A stretch of 63,742 bases of DNA, counting the filler, from Octopus bimaculoides (taxonomy: Eukaryota), in NCBI RefSeq assembly GCF_001194135.2. It is 9 parts of 8 records of this genome, joined end to end, with 100 filler letters (N's around TTAATTAATTAA, not from the genome) between each part and the next. Parts side by side here need not be neighbours in the genome. Positions count along the whole stretch, not along the records: positions 43,129 to 54,285 come from NC_068983.1; positions 54,386 to 62,543 come from NC_069010.1; positions 62,644 to 63,742 come from NC_068992.1; 6 more parts are not named here. One strand, given 5' to 3'. Shown piece after piece: positions 52,312-63,560 of this stretch. The position numbers and the translations under genes were made by a program. The notes beneath the pieces were generated by a model, which was given only the letters and a program-made list of their open reading frames with translations, was not told the origin of the DNA and did no database searches. The number at the start of each line of letters is the position of its first letter. Within the stretch, counting starts at the first letter, position 1.

Positions 52312-54019
52312 TATATATAAGATTTATTATTGGTGAAGGCCGATTCATAGGGTTACTCTGAGTTTCTCGCCATAAAGGGCACCTCTATGGCGTATCATCA
52401 AACCCTAAGACCTGTTGGCCTATGGCCTCTTTCGACAGTAATAAATATAAATCTACTTCTTAGAATGTGCTTCGTCTCTGGATTTATGTTTTTCTAATAT
52501 AAGACGATGTGTATATATATATCGTGTATATGTGCGTTTACTCACACATACATACATACATACATACATACATACATGCATGTGATAGAAAAATGAGATT
52601 TACACTAAAAATACGCATTCAGCAGTGTCGTTCAAAGGGGAATAACTTCTGACTTCCAAAGACTAGAGTTTAAGAAACTAAATAGTAAATACATTTACGT
52701 GTGTATGTGTGAGTGTCTACGAATATCTCTAGAAGTATATTTAAAAGGGTGACTCGAGGTACTTGAGTTTCGTATGAAGTAAATTTTGCCACTACTGTAT
52801 AAAACGTAGCAAATAAAAATAGTATACATATATGTGTGTGTGTGTATGTGTGGATAATACCGTACTTAATTCTGGGGCCTCAACTCAAGTACCTAATTCA
52901 TCAGAATCTAATTTTTTGCTATATATATATATATATAATGCGTGTGTGTGTAGGCATGTAAATGTATGTGTATATATGCATATATATAATATATATATAT
53001 GTATATATATATATATATNNNNNNNNNNNNNNNNNNNNNNNNNNNNNNNNNNNNNNNNNNNNNNNNNNNNNNNNNNNNNNNNNNNNNNNNNNNNNNNNNN
53101 NNNNNNNNNNNNNNNNNNNNNNNNNNNNNNNNNNNNNNNNNNNNNNNNNNNNNNNNNNNNNNNNNNNNNNNNNNNNNNNNNNNNNNNNNNNNNNNNNNNN
53201 NNNNNNNNNNNNNNNNNNNNNNNNNNNNNNNNNNNNNNNNNNNNNNNNNNNNNNNNNNNNNNNNNNNNNNNNNNNNNNNNNNNNNNNNNNNNNNNNNNNN
53301 NNNNNNNNNNNNNNNNNNNNNNNNNNNNNNNNNNNNNNNNNNNNNNNNNNNNNNNNNNNNNNNNNNNNNNNNNNNNNNNNNNNNNNNNNNNNNNNNNNNN
53401 NNNNNNNNNNNNNNNNNNNNNNNNNNNNNNNNNNNNNNNNNNNNNNNNNNNNNNNNNNNNNNNNNNNNNNNNNNNNNNNNNNNNNNNNNNNNNNNNNNNN
53501 NNNNNNNNNNNNNNNNNNNNNNNNNNNNNNNNNNNNNNNNNNNNNNNNNNNNNNNNNNNNNNNNNNNNNNNNNNNNNNNNNNNNNNNNNNNNNNNNNNNN
53601 NNNNNNNNNNNNNNNNNNNNNNNNNNNNNNNNNNNNNNNNNNNNNNNNNNNNNNNNNNNNNNNNNNNNNNNNNNNNNNNNNNNNNNNNNNNNNNNNNNNN
53701 NNNNNNNNNNNNNNNNNNNNNNNNNNNNNNNNNNNNNNNNNNNNNNNNNNNNNNNNNNNNNNNNNNNNNNNNNNNNNNNNNNNNNNNNNNNNNNNNNNNN
53801 NNNNNNNNNNNNNNNNNNNNNNNNNNNNNNNNNNNNNNNNNNNNNNNNNNNNNNNNNNNNNNNNNNNNNNNNNNNNNNNNNNNNNNNNNNNNNNNNNNNN
53901 NNNNNNNNNNNNNNNNNNNNNNNNNNNNNNNNNNNNNNNNNNNNNNNNNNNNNNNNNNNNNNNNNNNNNNNNNNNNNNNNNNNNNNNNNNNNNNNNNNNN
54001 NNNNNNNNNNNNNNNNNNC

Positions 54020-54285
54020 AGGCGTTCAGTCCGTCAAGGGTGCCCCCTGTCTCCGCTTCTGTATGTTCTGTCTCTTGAGCCATTGCTGCGGAGGTTGGAG
54101 AAGTTGGGAAGCACCACTAATGAAATCGGATGTGGTAAAGGTGTTTCGGCGTATGCGGATGACGTTACGATCACCGTATCCAAGATGACTCAGCTACCTC
54201 GCGTAGCAGAGGCAATCAGAAGATACGAGACGGTGGCAGGGGCAAAAGTTAACATGGACAAGTCTGTAGGTTTGCGGCTCGGCAC
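54020..54285 (+). mobile_element. L1/Tx1-clade LINE reverse transcriptase core fragment (open frame, flanked by gaps)
   Basis: RSVRQGCPLSPLLYVLSLEPLLRRL…SAYADDVTI…YETVAGAKVNMDKS contains the RQGCPLSP, YADD and GAKxNxxKS motifs. Confidence 0.92.
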
Positions 54286-54398
54286 NNNNNNNNNNNNNNN
54301 NNNNNNNNNNNNNNNNNNNNNNNNNNNNNTTAATTAATTAANNNNNNNNNNNNNNNNNNNNNNNNNNNNNNNNNNNNNNNNNNNNAAGGCAAAATTCT

Positions 54399-55236
54399 GC
54401 TTTAAGCACCCCATTTCACCCCTCATCACTTTTTTTATTTTTTGGAATTTTCAGAAAATTTTCACAAATTTGTCTTCTACACACAGGAGTTCACACAACA
54501 ACGAAAAATAAATTTTTTTTATAAGTTTTCGAATTTTTTAAAAGATTTGTTTATTTTTCAAATTTTCCTTTTTAAATCAGTGTTTAAAATACAGAAAGTT
54601 CAAATTTTGGGGCTTAAATCCCAGCAATGGACCATTTAAGGGAGAGAAACATTGGAAAACCTCAATACATCAGACTGACAAGCAAACAAGGATGGTATGA
54701 GGTGGTTGTGAGATGTACAAAAACTAACAGCTAAATAGCTGTTAAATCACACACCAAATTTTGTTTTTAGAATCCTATGAATTCCCTAGTGTAGAACACA
54801 AATTTGCAAATATTTTCTGGAAATTCTTAAGAATATAAGCGAAAGCAAAATCGTGATGGCACCTGTGCCCAGCGTCGCCTTCCTTGCACTTGTGCCGGTG
54901 GAATGTGTAAAGACATTCAAGTGAGATCGTTGCCAGTGACGCTGGGCTGGCTCCTGTGCAGGTGGCACGTAAAATACACCATTTTGAGCGTGGCCGTTGC
55001 TAGTACCGCCTGACTGGCCTTCATGCCGGTGGCATGTAAAAGCACCCACTACACTCTCGGAGTGCTTGGCGTTAGGAAGGGCATCCAGTTGTAGAAACTC
55101 TGCCAAATCAGATTGGAACATGGTGCAGCCATCTAGTTCACCAGTCCTCAGTCAAATCGTCCAACCCATGCTAGCATGGAAAGCGGACGTTAAATGATGA
55201 TGAAGTTATAAGGGGTTATATGGGGGCGCTTAAAGC
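54399..55236. mobile_element. Non-autonomous DNA transposon with 8-bp TSD, carrying a nested RTE-tail repeat
   Basis: TIRs GCTTTAAGCACCCC-ATTTCACCCC / GGGGTTATATGGGGGCGCTTAAAGC with perfect TSD AAAATTCT at 54391-54398 and 55237-55244. Confidence 0.75.
54866..55203 (+). mobile_element. RTE-tail repeat, family D
   Basis: Highly similar to the reverse complement of 57588-57894; ends in GTTAAA(TGA)n. Confidence 0.88.
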
Positions 55237-55383
55237 AAAATTCTACTACAATTCTAATACTACTTCTTCTGACTCAGGGCCAAACAACAGCACCCCCTCC
55301 CCACCTCCTCATTCACCCCAATCTCTGGTCACTTTCCTAAATGTTAATGCCATCGTTAAACATAAAACAAGATGAACTCTGAC

Positions 55384-55532
55384 CTTATCTGAACACTCTT
55401 GGCCAAAATGTTCCACAAACTCGGAAGACGTCAAGGTCCCTTTCTCCAACGAGGCCCATGCCCCTTTATCTCCACCATCTTTGATGACATTAAGCAGGGT
55501 CCCTTCAGGCAAGTTATTGCTTACTTCAAATT
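55384..55532 (-). CDS. ACAD10: ACAD10 second coding exon (HAD-like domain), 149 nt, phase 1 to phase 0
   Basis: Acceptor ttttctttctag| and donor AAG|GTCAGA. Splicing to the previous exon gives (E)FEVSNNLPEGTLLNVIKDGGDKGAWASLEKGTLTSSEFVEHFGQECSDK, similar to human [50 protein letters not shown]. Phases are compatible. Confidence 0.9.
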
Positions 55533-55679
55533 CTAGAAAGAAAAAAAACCTTCATTCAGGATTTCCTTTTTAACAAAAAGGTCATGAATGGTCAAATTTT
55601 ACTTAAAGGTTATCAAAGCTTACATTTTACATAAATTTCACAGAGTTAAAGAGATTTCACTTGCCACAGAAAGACACCT

Positions 55680-56350
55680 AAGTGGTGACTAATGAATGAT
55701 GATGTGGTGAATAATGAGTGATGCATGATTAGTGGTGTACAGCAAGTTCAGACTGATGAGTGGTGAATGACAAGTGATGTGTGAGAAGTGATGCATGAGT
55801 GATCTACAACAAATTATGACTGATGAAGGGGGAATGATGAGTGACGCATGAAAAGTGATGCATGACAAATGATGTATAAGTTATGACTGATGAGTGGTTT
55901 TTAATTAGTGATAAGTAATGATTGATGAATAGTGGATGACTAATGAGAAGTGTGCAGTGAATGGTGAATGGTAAGTTGTGATTGATGGTGACACAATTTG
56001 TGAGTATATAAATGAGTGGTGAATAATGAAGACTGGTGAGTGGTGAGAGATGATTGTGTCATATGTGATGAATGATGAGTTAGAGAGTAATGTGTGATTA
56101 GCAGTGAATGTGATGAATGGTGAATCATTAGCAAAGTGATTCACGAGTAATGAATGGTGAATCATTAGCAATGTGGCTGAAGTGATTCATGAGTGATAAA
56201 TGGTAAAATCATTAGCAATGTAACTGAGTAGTGATGGATGAGTGATAAATCATTAGCAACATAACTGAACAGTGATTGACGAATGTTGAATCATTAGCAC
56301 TGAGATTCAACAGTGAATGATGAGTGATGACTGTTGACTGGTGAGTGCAA
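55680..56350. repeat. Degenerate TGA/GTGA-rich low-complexity array with a ~40-50-bp unit (…gaatcattagcaa…) at its right end
   Basis: aatcattagca recurs five times between ~56120 and 56300. The array fills most of the 861-nt ACAD10 intron. Confidence 0.85.
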
Positions 56351-56393
56351 CGTGAGAAATGGCTTTAGATAATGTTATATAAATGAATCTTAC

Positions 56394-56607
56394 CCTGGAA
56401 AACTCCAAGGGGGTTGGGTAGAATAACTCCACCCATATCAAATATGACACATCTGATATTGTTCTGCTTCGATGACAGGTCCTTTGCCCCTAGCACACTG
56501 CAGCAATGGATCTTCCTGGGCCCAGCGACTCCCAGGCAACACTGTGACCCATGTCCCTGCTTCCACACCTGAATAAACACTCGCTTCAAGGGACTGACTC
56601 GGAACAT
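56394..56607 (-). CDS. ACAD10: Acyl-CoA dehydrogenase family member 10, first coding exon (transit-peptide-like N-terminus plus start of HAD-like domain)
   Basis: Translation MFRVSPLKRVFIQVWKQ...NNIRCVIFDMGGVILPNPLGVFQ(G/E) matches the ACAD10 N-terminal HAD motif (human RAVIFDMGGVLIPSP). Acceptor tttgcag| lies at 56636, so the exon is 56394-56635 with ATG at 56607. Donor is CAGG|GTAAG at 56393. There is no acidic residue before D43, as expected for a mitochondrial presequence. Confidence 0.9.
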
Positions 56608-57587
56608 GTTGACTGATAAAGAAGACAATCAATGGCTGCAAAACAAAAACAAACAAAAACAGATAAGTGGACTGAGTACGGCAATGAAGGGTGCCTCCCC
56701 CATGGTACCTATTAATGGCCAGGTGGACTGTGCACTACAATAGGATCACTTGTCCAACGCGAACAAGCTAAGAGGATAATTTGAGCTGCTAGAAACAGCA
56801 ACTAAATCTCTTTAACTGCACACCTTAAATAGTGTCCTAGATACACTATGACACAATAGATATGATGGTTTGAAACATCTTTGATCATAGGTCTGCTGGA
56901 TCAGGACTGACCTGGGGCTAAACGACAACAACAAGGTAGGACACATGAGATAATGTAATCCTAGATAGACAATGTCTGAATGAAAGACAAGATGGTCACA
57001 GCTGGAACATCTTTGATCGCAACTGACAAACAACAACATGGATGTCTGCAGTCACTGGACATGCTAGAAATAACAGTCATATGCCTTCAAAATATGTTCT
57101 AATGTCTTAACACATACAATGAAGTTGAAGCTATACAAGGATGGTCAAAGTTGGACTGTCCAACCAGGGCTGACCAGGCATTAAATACCAGTGAAAGATC
57201 ATTAAGGTGATGTAGGGGAGAAAATTGAAGCAACGCAGATGACCACCATATAGCTTTGTGACAAAGAAATTAGTTTATTATCAGGCACATGGCTCAGTGG
57301 TTAGAGTGTTAGGCTCGCAGTCATGAGGTAGTGGGTTTGATTTCCAGATTGGGCTGTGTGTTGTGTTCTTATACATATATATATATATATATANNNNNNN
57401 NNNNNNNNNNNNNNNNNNNNNNNNNNNNNNNNNNNNNNNNNNNNNNNNNNNNNNNNNNNNNNNNNNNNNNNNNNNNNNNNNNNNNNNNNNNNNNNNNNNN
57501 NNNNNNNNNNNNNNNNNNNNNNNNNNNNNNNNNNNNNNNNNNNNNNNNNNNNNNNNNNNNNNNNNNNNNNNNNNNNNNNNNNNNNNC

Positions 57588-57894
57588 GCATGGGTTGGAC
57601 GATTTGACTGAGGACTGGTGAAACCGGATGGCAACACCAGGCTCCAATCTGATTTGGCAGAGTTTCTACAGCTGGATGCCCTTCCTAATGCCAACCACTC
57701 AGAGAGTGTAGTGGGTGCTTTTACGTGTCACCCGCACGAAGGCCAGTCAGGCGGTACTGGCAACGGCCACGCTCAAAATGGTGTATTTTATGTGCCACCC
57801 GCACAAGAGCCAGTCCAGGGGCACTGGCAACGATCTCGCTCGAAAATCCTTACACATGTCACGGGCACAAGTGCCAGAAAGGCGACGCTGGGCA
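57588..57894 (-). mobile_element. RTE-tail repeat, family D
   Basis: Inverted partner of 54866-55171. Confidence 0.88.
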
Positions 57895-58864
57895 TATATA
57901 TATACATGGGTTTGTGTCTGTCCCCCATGACTACTTTACCACTGGTATTGGTGTGTTTACATACCTGTAACTTAGCAACAGAGACCAATAGGCTTTTATG
58001 ATATCATAAGTAGTGGGGTTGATTCATTTGACTAAGAATTTTTCCAGGTGGTGTCCCAGCATGGCCATAGTCTTACGAGTGAAACAAGTACAAAATAAAA
58101 AGATACCTGTATGTAAAATAGCTTTGTTTACAACATATTGCTGGCTGGAGTGGACCCTGGCTGGAGTGGACCCTGGCCATCATGCTGGTGACCAGCGACT
58201 TGTGACTGATGATGAGCCAACCAGCTTAAAACAGACTCACGATCCTGTTGTCAGCCAGAGAATGGTAGGGGTTTTCTCCCCCTGCTAACAATATATATGT
58301 ATATATATAGGGTGCAGTGCTCCACCAATAACCAGCTGATGGAAGGTTAAACTAGTAGTAACATTAGAACAGCCACTTTGAAGTGGTGATCAACTTTACT
58401 CATATCTGCACTGTTAGATTACAGGGTTGTGAAGTGGTGAGAGGTGACAAACACAGACACAAAAACACACACATACACACACACGTTAAGCTGACAGTAT
58501 ACAACTACTTTATCGCATCACTAGTGCTTAAGGCTCTCTGTGAGATTTAGAAATGTACTATTTCTTAATTTTTGTAATCAGTGAATGTATTTCACTGAAA
58601 TAGTATATGTTTGCGAAAGCTAGACAAACTTCTTCAGCCAGCTAGTCTTGCTACTTCAGGCTGGTGACAAGCAAAGACTCAGAAACATGTCCCTGAATGC
58701 AGGCTGGGCTGGGTGGAGGAGTTTGTCTCCCCCCTCGCAAACATAAGGACACAGGAAATGTGTCAAAGCCGACAAGAAGCGGTCCAGCTTCCTAGGGCTA
58801 AATAGCAGTAGTATATTCCCTTATTGGGACTGTCACGTTAAGTTGGCAGTGTACAACTACTTTA

Positions 58865-59260
58865 GGCGCAGGAGTGGCAGTGTGGTAAGTAGCTTGCTTA
58901 CCAACCACATGGTTCCGGGTTCAGTCACACTGCGTGGCACCTTGGGCAAGCGTCTTCTGCTATAGCCTCGGGCCGACCAAAGCCTTGTGAGTGGATTTGG
59001 TAGACGGAAACTGAACGAAACCTGTCGTATATATATACATATATATATGTATGTCTGTGTATGTCCCCCCAACATCGCTTGACAACCGATGGTGGTGTGT
59101 TTACGTCCCCGTAACTTAGCGGTTCGGTATAAGAGACTGATAGAATAAGTACTAGGCATCCAAAGAATAAGTCCTGGGGTCGATTTACTCGACTAAAGGC
59201 GGTGCTCCAGCATGGCCACAGTCAAATGACTGAAACGAGTAAAAGAGTAAAGAGTAAGAG
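58865..59260 (+). mobile_element. tRNA-derived SINE, family A (full length)
   Basis: GGCGCAGGAGTGGCAGTGTGGTAAGTAGCTTGC…GTTCCGGGTTCAGTC (A/B-box-like head), internal microsatellite and (GAGTAAAA)n tail. Confidence 0.92.
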
Positions 59261-59299
59261 TATATATATATGATAAATATATACACACACACAAAATGC

Positions 59300-59450
59300 T
59301 TATTTTCAGTTTCCATCTACCAAATCCACTCACAAGGCTTTGATTGACCTAAGGTTATAGTAGAAGACACTTGCTCAAGGTGACAGGCAGAGGGACTGTA
59401 TGCGGAACTGTGTGGTTGGGAAGCAAGCTTCTTACCACACAGCCATATAT
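59300..59450 (-). mobile_element. SINE-A 5' half, inverted relative to 58865
   Basis: ttttcagtttccatctaccaaatccactcacaaggcttt…cttaccacacagcc. Confidence 0.8.
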
Positions 59451-61591
59451 ATTATACACACACTCACATAATCATTTTACTGATGTCAACCTTTGGACTG
59501 CAGCTATGCAGGGCATGTATGTATGTGCATGTATACATACGTATGCATATAATACAATAATAATATTGTATACGACTTGAGATGTTTGCCTTAATGCTTG
59601 TTGTCCTCTTTAACAATTATATATCCACTGCATCGGAAATTTGTAATGGCTCCATAACTATTATCTCGGCCATAACCTTGAAGCCTATTACAGCACTTAC
59701 CTAATCGTTTAGATCACTTGTGAACTAAACTCCCATACTTTAAATGCGTATAATATATACTAAGGTGAGGTTGGGTGTAAAAGTTGGGGTACTTTCGTGT
59801 GGGTGTGTCTGTGTGTCCGTGCATAGATTTATATATGTGTATGTATGCATGTATACACATGTGTGAGTGTGTGTGCGTCTGGGTCTGCATGATTATATAT
59901 ATGTATGCGTGTATGTATGTATGTATATATATATATATATATGTAAATATATATATATATATGTAAATATATATATATATATGTAAATATATATATATAT
60001 ATGTAAATATATATATATATANNNNNNNNNNNNNNNNNNNNNNNNNATATAAACAATATATGAGTATATGCATATATAGGTACATGTATGTACATACCTT
60101 CATCTACATGTACATATAGATACATAACCGGGTACATGATGTGGTAAAAGAACATGGACAAAATGATAAACAAGGTACAACAAACAAGCAAGCCACATAT
60201 CATTTTGTCCATGTTCTATTTTCTGTAATAATGCCCTTTATATAAATATAGATATATATATATACCTATGCACCAGTAACTATTTATTACTCTGTCCATA
60301 CATTTAATTTTATTTCTATTACATTTATATTGTGTCCATACCAGTATAACTTACATAGTTTTAAACCCTCCTGACCACTATTTAATTAAATTAAATTCTA
60401 ATTATTTTTCTGCTCCAGGTTTTAGGACTTTACTGCGTCCCCCTCCTCTTCCTTCTCTTCGTCTTTTTCTGTTCCTATTTGTATCTCTTCTGCCCTTGGA
60501 GCCAAAACACACTAGGGTCATAAATTAGATCTCCCCTCAACATACATCACAAATATCCTCATCATTTGATTGTTCTACTGCCTCTTCCTCCTCCTTCCCT
60601 TTCTCTTCCTTCTACTTCACTTTCATCTTCTGATCGTTTTCCTCCCCCCTCCTTCCCTTTCTCCCCCCCCTTATTAATATACGTCTCCACTCTCTTGATT
60701 ACCCCCACCTCACCCTACCCAAATATCTNNNNNNNNNNNNNNNNNNNNNNNNNNNNNNNNNNNNNNNNNNNNNNNNNNNNNNNNNNNNNNNNNNNNNNNN
60801 NNNNNNNNNNNNNNNNNNNNNNNNNNNNNNNNNNNNNNNNNNNNNNNNNNNNNNNNNNNNNNNNNNNNNNNNNNNNNNNNNNNNNNNNNNNNNNNNNNNN
60901 NNNNNNNNNNNNNNNNNNNNNNNNNNNNNNNNNNNNNNNNNNNNNNNNNNNNNNNNNNNNNNNNNNNNNNNNNNNNNNNNNNNNNNNNNNNNNNNNNNNN
61001 NNNNNNNNNNNNNNNNNNNNNNNNNNNNNNNNNNNNNNNNNNNNNNNNNNNNNNNNNNNNNNNNNNNNNNNNNNNNNNNNNNNNNNNNNNNNNNNNNNNN
61101 NNNNNNNNNNNNNNNNNNNNNNNNNNNNNNNNNNNNNNNNNNNNNNNNNNNNNNNNNNNNNNNNNNNNNNNNNNNNNNNNNNNNNNNNNNNNNNNNNNNN
61201 NNNNNNNNNNNNNNNNNNNNNNNNNNNNNNNNNNNNNNNNTTCATTTACGATTTTCGCGTAAACTGACGTTGCAAATGGAAAATGGTACAGAAACAATTG
61301 TAACTTATAATTAAAGAATTGTTAAGGAATTTTCTTCGTCTTCTTCTTTTCATTGGTATATAAGGTATAAGTTAGAGGTAATGTAATCATCTAAGGGATA
61401 GATGGATCTATCAAAAGGTATACCTGGTATTTCCTCAGTATGTGTGGTCCTTGTTATAAGGTATACGGTAGTAGGTAATTTAAAAGGTAAAACCGTGGTT
61501 TAATATATATAAAAAAACGATAAGAAATGGAGCAACAATAACAGTTGGAAGTGTATCATTGGCGTTATTATTGTTCCATTTCTTATCGCTT

Positions 61592-61638
<47 letters not shown>

Positions 61639-62178
61639 GTATTTGCGTATGTATGCATGCATATTTTGTATGTATGCATATATAGGTGTGTACTATGCAA
61701 GTACGTACGCACTTGTGCATTCATATATGTATGCAAGTCTGTTGAAGGCTAAGCAGGACGAAACTTCGAAGTCACTATCAATACTATTCTTAATGAAATA
61801 ATAAATAAATATGCCTACTCTGCAAAAAAGTATTGGGTGATCGTTCGGTTTAACGTTAGATTGTTTTTATTGTAACTTACAAATCAAACGTGTGTGTGTG
61901 TGTGTGGAAAACAAACGTGTGTGTGTGGAAATCAAACGTGTGTGTGTGTGGTTTTCGTAGAGAATGTAATAAACACTAGCAGCAGATCCACACACCGCCT
62001 TTCAACAGGCCTTAACCTGTATGAAGCCCCTCTGCACCGAGTCACAGACACACACACACACACACTCTCTCTCTCTCTCTCCAGCAGAATTCCCCTTTCT
62101 CCCAAACCCCTATAAAATAAATATTAACCGCCCCCCAACAACACCCAAAGTCTGATCAACATTAATAACAAGAACAAC

Positions 62179-62212
<34 letters not shown>

Positions 62213-62232
62213 GAAGAAAGAAATAAGCTTGC

Positions 62233-62407
62233 CTTATCGGAGTAACATGGGTGGATCGCGACTGAGTTGGTGGGGGTCGAATGTGATGATCAGTGAAGAA
62301 TTGGAGTAAAAGAGCCGATGAGAGAGGTTGTCCGGCCGGACGTTTCTGTGGCAGGGAAAGAGTTGAGAGAAATGCAAGTGAGAACGGAAGGTGAAACTCG
62401 ACGGAAT

Positions 62408-62438
<31 letters not shown>

Positions 62439-62500
62439 GAGATGGAACTGTATGAGGGTGTCAGTACGCATGCGTGGAGATGGCTTTTTTTTTTTGTCTA
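62233..62500 (-). promoter_or_regulatory. Candidate non-coding first exon / promoter of ACAD10
   Basis: CpG-richer, pyrimidine-rich stretch on the minus strand ending in AAG|GCAAGC (GC-type donor consensus). It contains an NRF1-like palindrome ACGCATGCGT (~62466-62475) and a YY1-like GCCATCT. The ACAD10 ATG exon starts with a splice acceptor, so an upstream exon is required. Assignment is inferred. Confidence 0.4.
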
Positions 62501-63189
62501 GGTTGAGTAAACAGTTTACAATGACATTCCGGTTACACTATATNNNNNNNNNNNNNNNNNNNNNNNNNNNNNNNNNNNNNNNNNNNNTTAATTAATTAAN
62601 NNNNNNNNNNNNNNNNNNNNNNNNNNNNNNNNNNNNNNNNNNNGAACCCCACACTCCAGTTAACGTCATTGAACGTTTTTAGAAAAAGAATAAAATTTTG
62701 ACATCTGTTATTTTATTTTTGTCACTTGTTTTATATACTCTGTGGACGACAGACATGCGTGAAGTGTGAGTTGGCCAGTGTCAATACAAAATTTTATATT
62801 CATTTCCTTTAAAACAATACATATTTACCGGATGATAATTATCGCAGAAGTTGCAAGGTAAGACATAAAATTCTTTGTCTCTGTAATAATTATTGTGGCA
62901 TTTACCGTTAAATTAGCAGTTCCATACATGTGCTATTTCGTTCATTTGCTTATATTTCATAAATTTACACAGCTTACAAAAATACGAACATAATATATTT
63001 GCAATTGCTTACAAAAATAGAGATTAATGTATATTTTTTCTATGTTCATAATTTTTTGTTTACAATATTGAAAAAATATGCCACCAAAGAAAAGACGTAA
63101 TCCCTCCAGAAACACGTATAAAGCGAGGACGTTTACAGAAAACAAAGGCGAGTGTTTCTCAAAGTCAGCAGATGCATGCCGCAGCACGT

Positions 63190-63560
63190 CAAATGTAGTC
63201 TGATGAGAGATGAGATTTTCCCAATATCAGCTAAGGCATGCTGTAATACTTAATGCTGAATCATTAGAACAACGTTTAACACGCCAGATTAAACAGAGGT
63301 CCAATACAATAGCTCTCAGAAATAGATCACATGCAAATTCGCACTTCGCAACACCAGGAGCTGCTTTCAGATATGATCCATCCTGTTCCTATAAAAATGA
63401 TAATTCTGTACAAAATGGTGCGCTACACTCAAATTGTCGTTTCTGAAAAGCTTTCAAATTTCCAAATAAAACTAATGGCATGTGCTGCTCGGGCAGTAAG
63501 GTAAGATTGCAAGCACTACCAGCTCCTTACCGTCTCCCATTGCAACCTATTTCTAGAATG
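63190..63560 (+). mobile_element. Helitron Rep/Helicase N-terminal fragment (degraded)
   Basis: AAFRYDPS…AFKFPNKTNGMCCSGSKVRLQALPAP matches the Helitron AFxYDP…ALKFxxExxGMCCxxGKVxL pattern. Confidence 0.75.

Noticed and set aside
52328-52422. Nested stems (CGCCATA/TATGGCG, AGGGTT/AACCCT)
   Set aside because: Short, interrupted pairing that is expected by chance at this window size.
62280-62350. GTGATGA resembling a C/D snoRNA C box
   Set aside because: No D box (CTGA) or terminal stem at a suitable distance.
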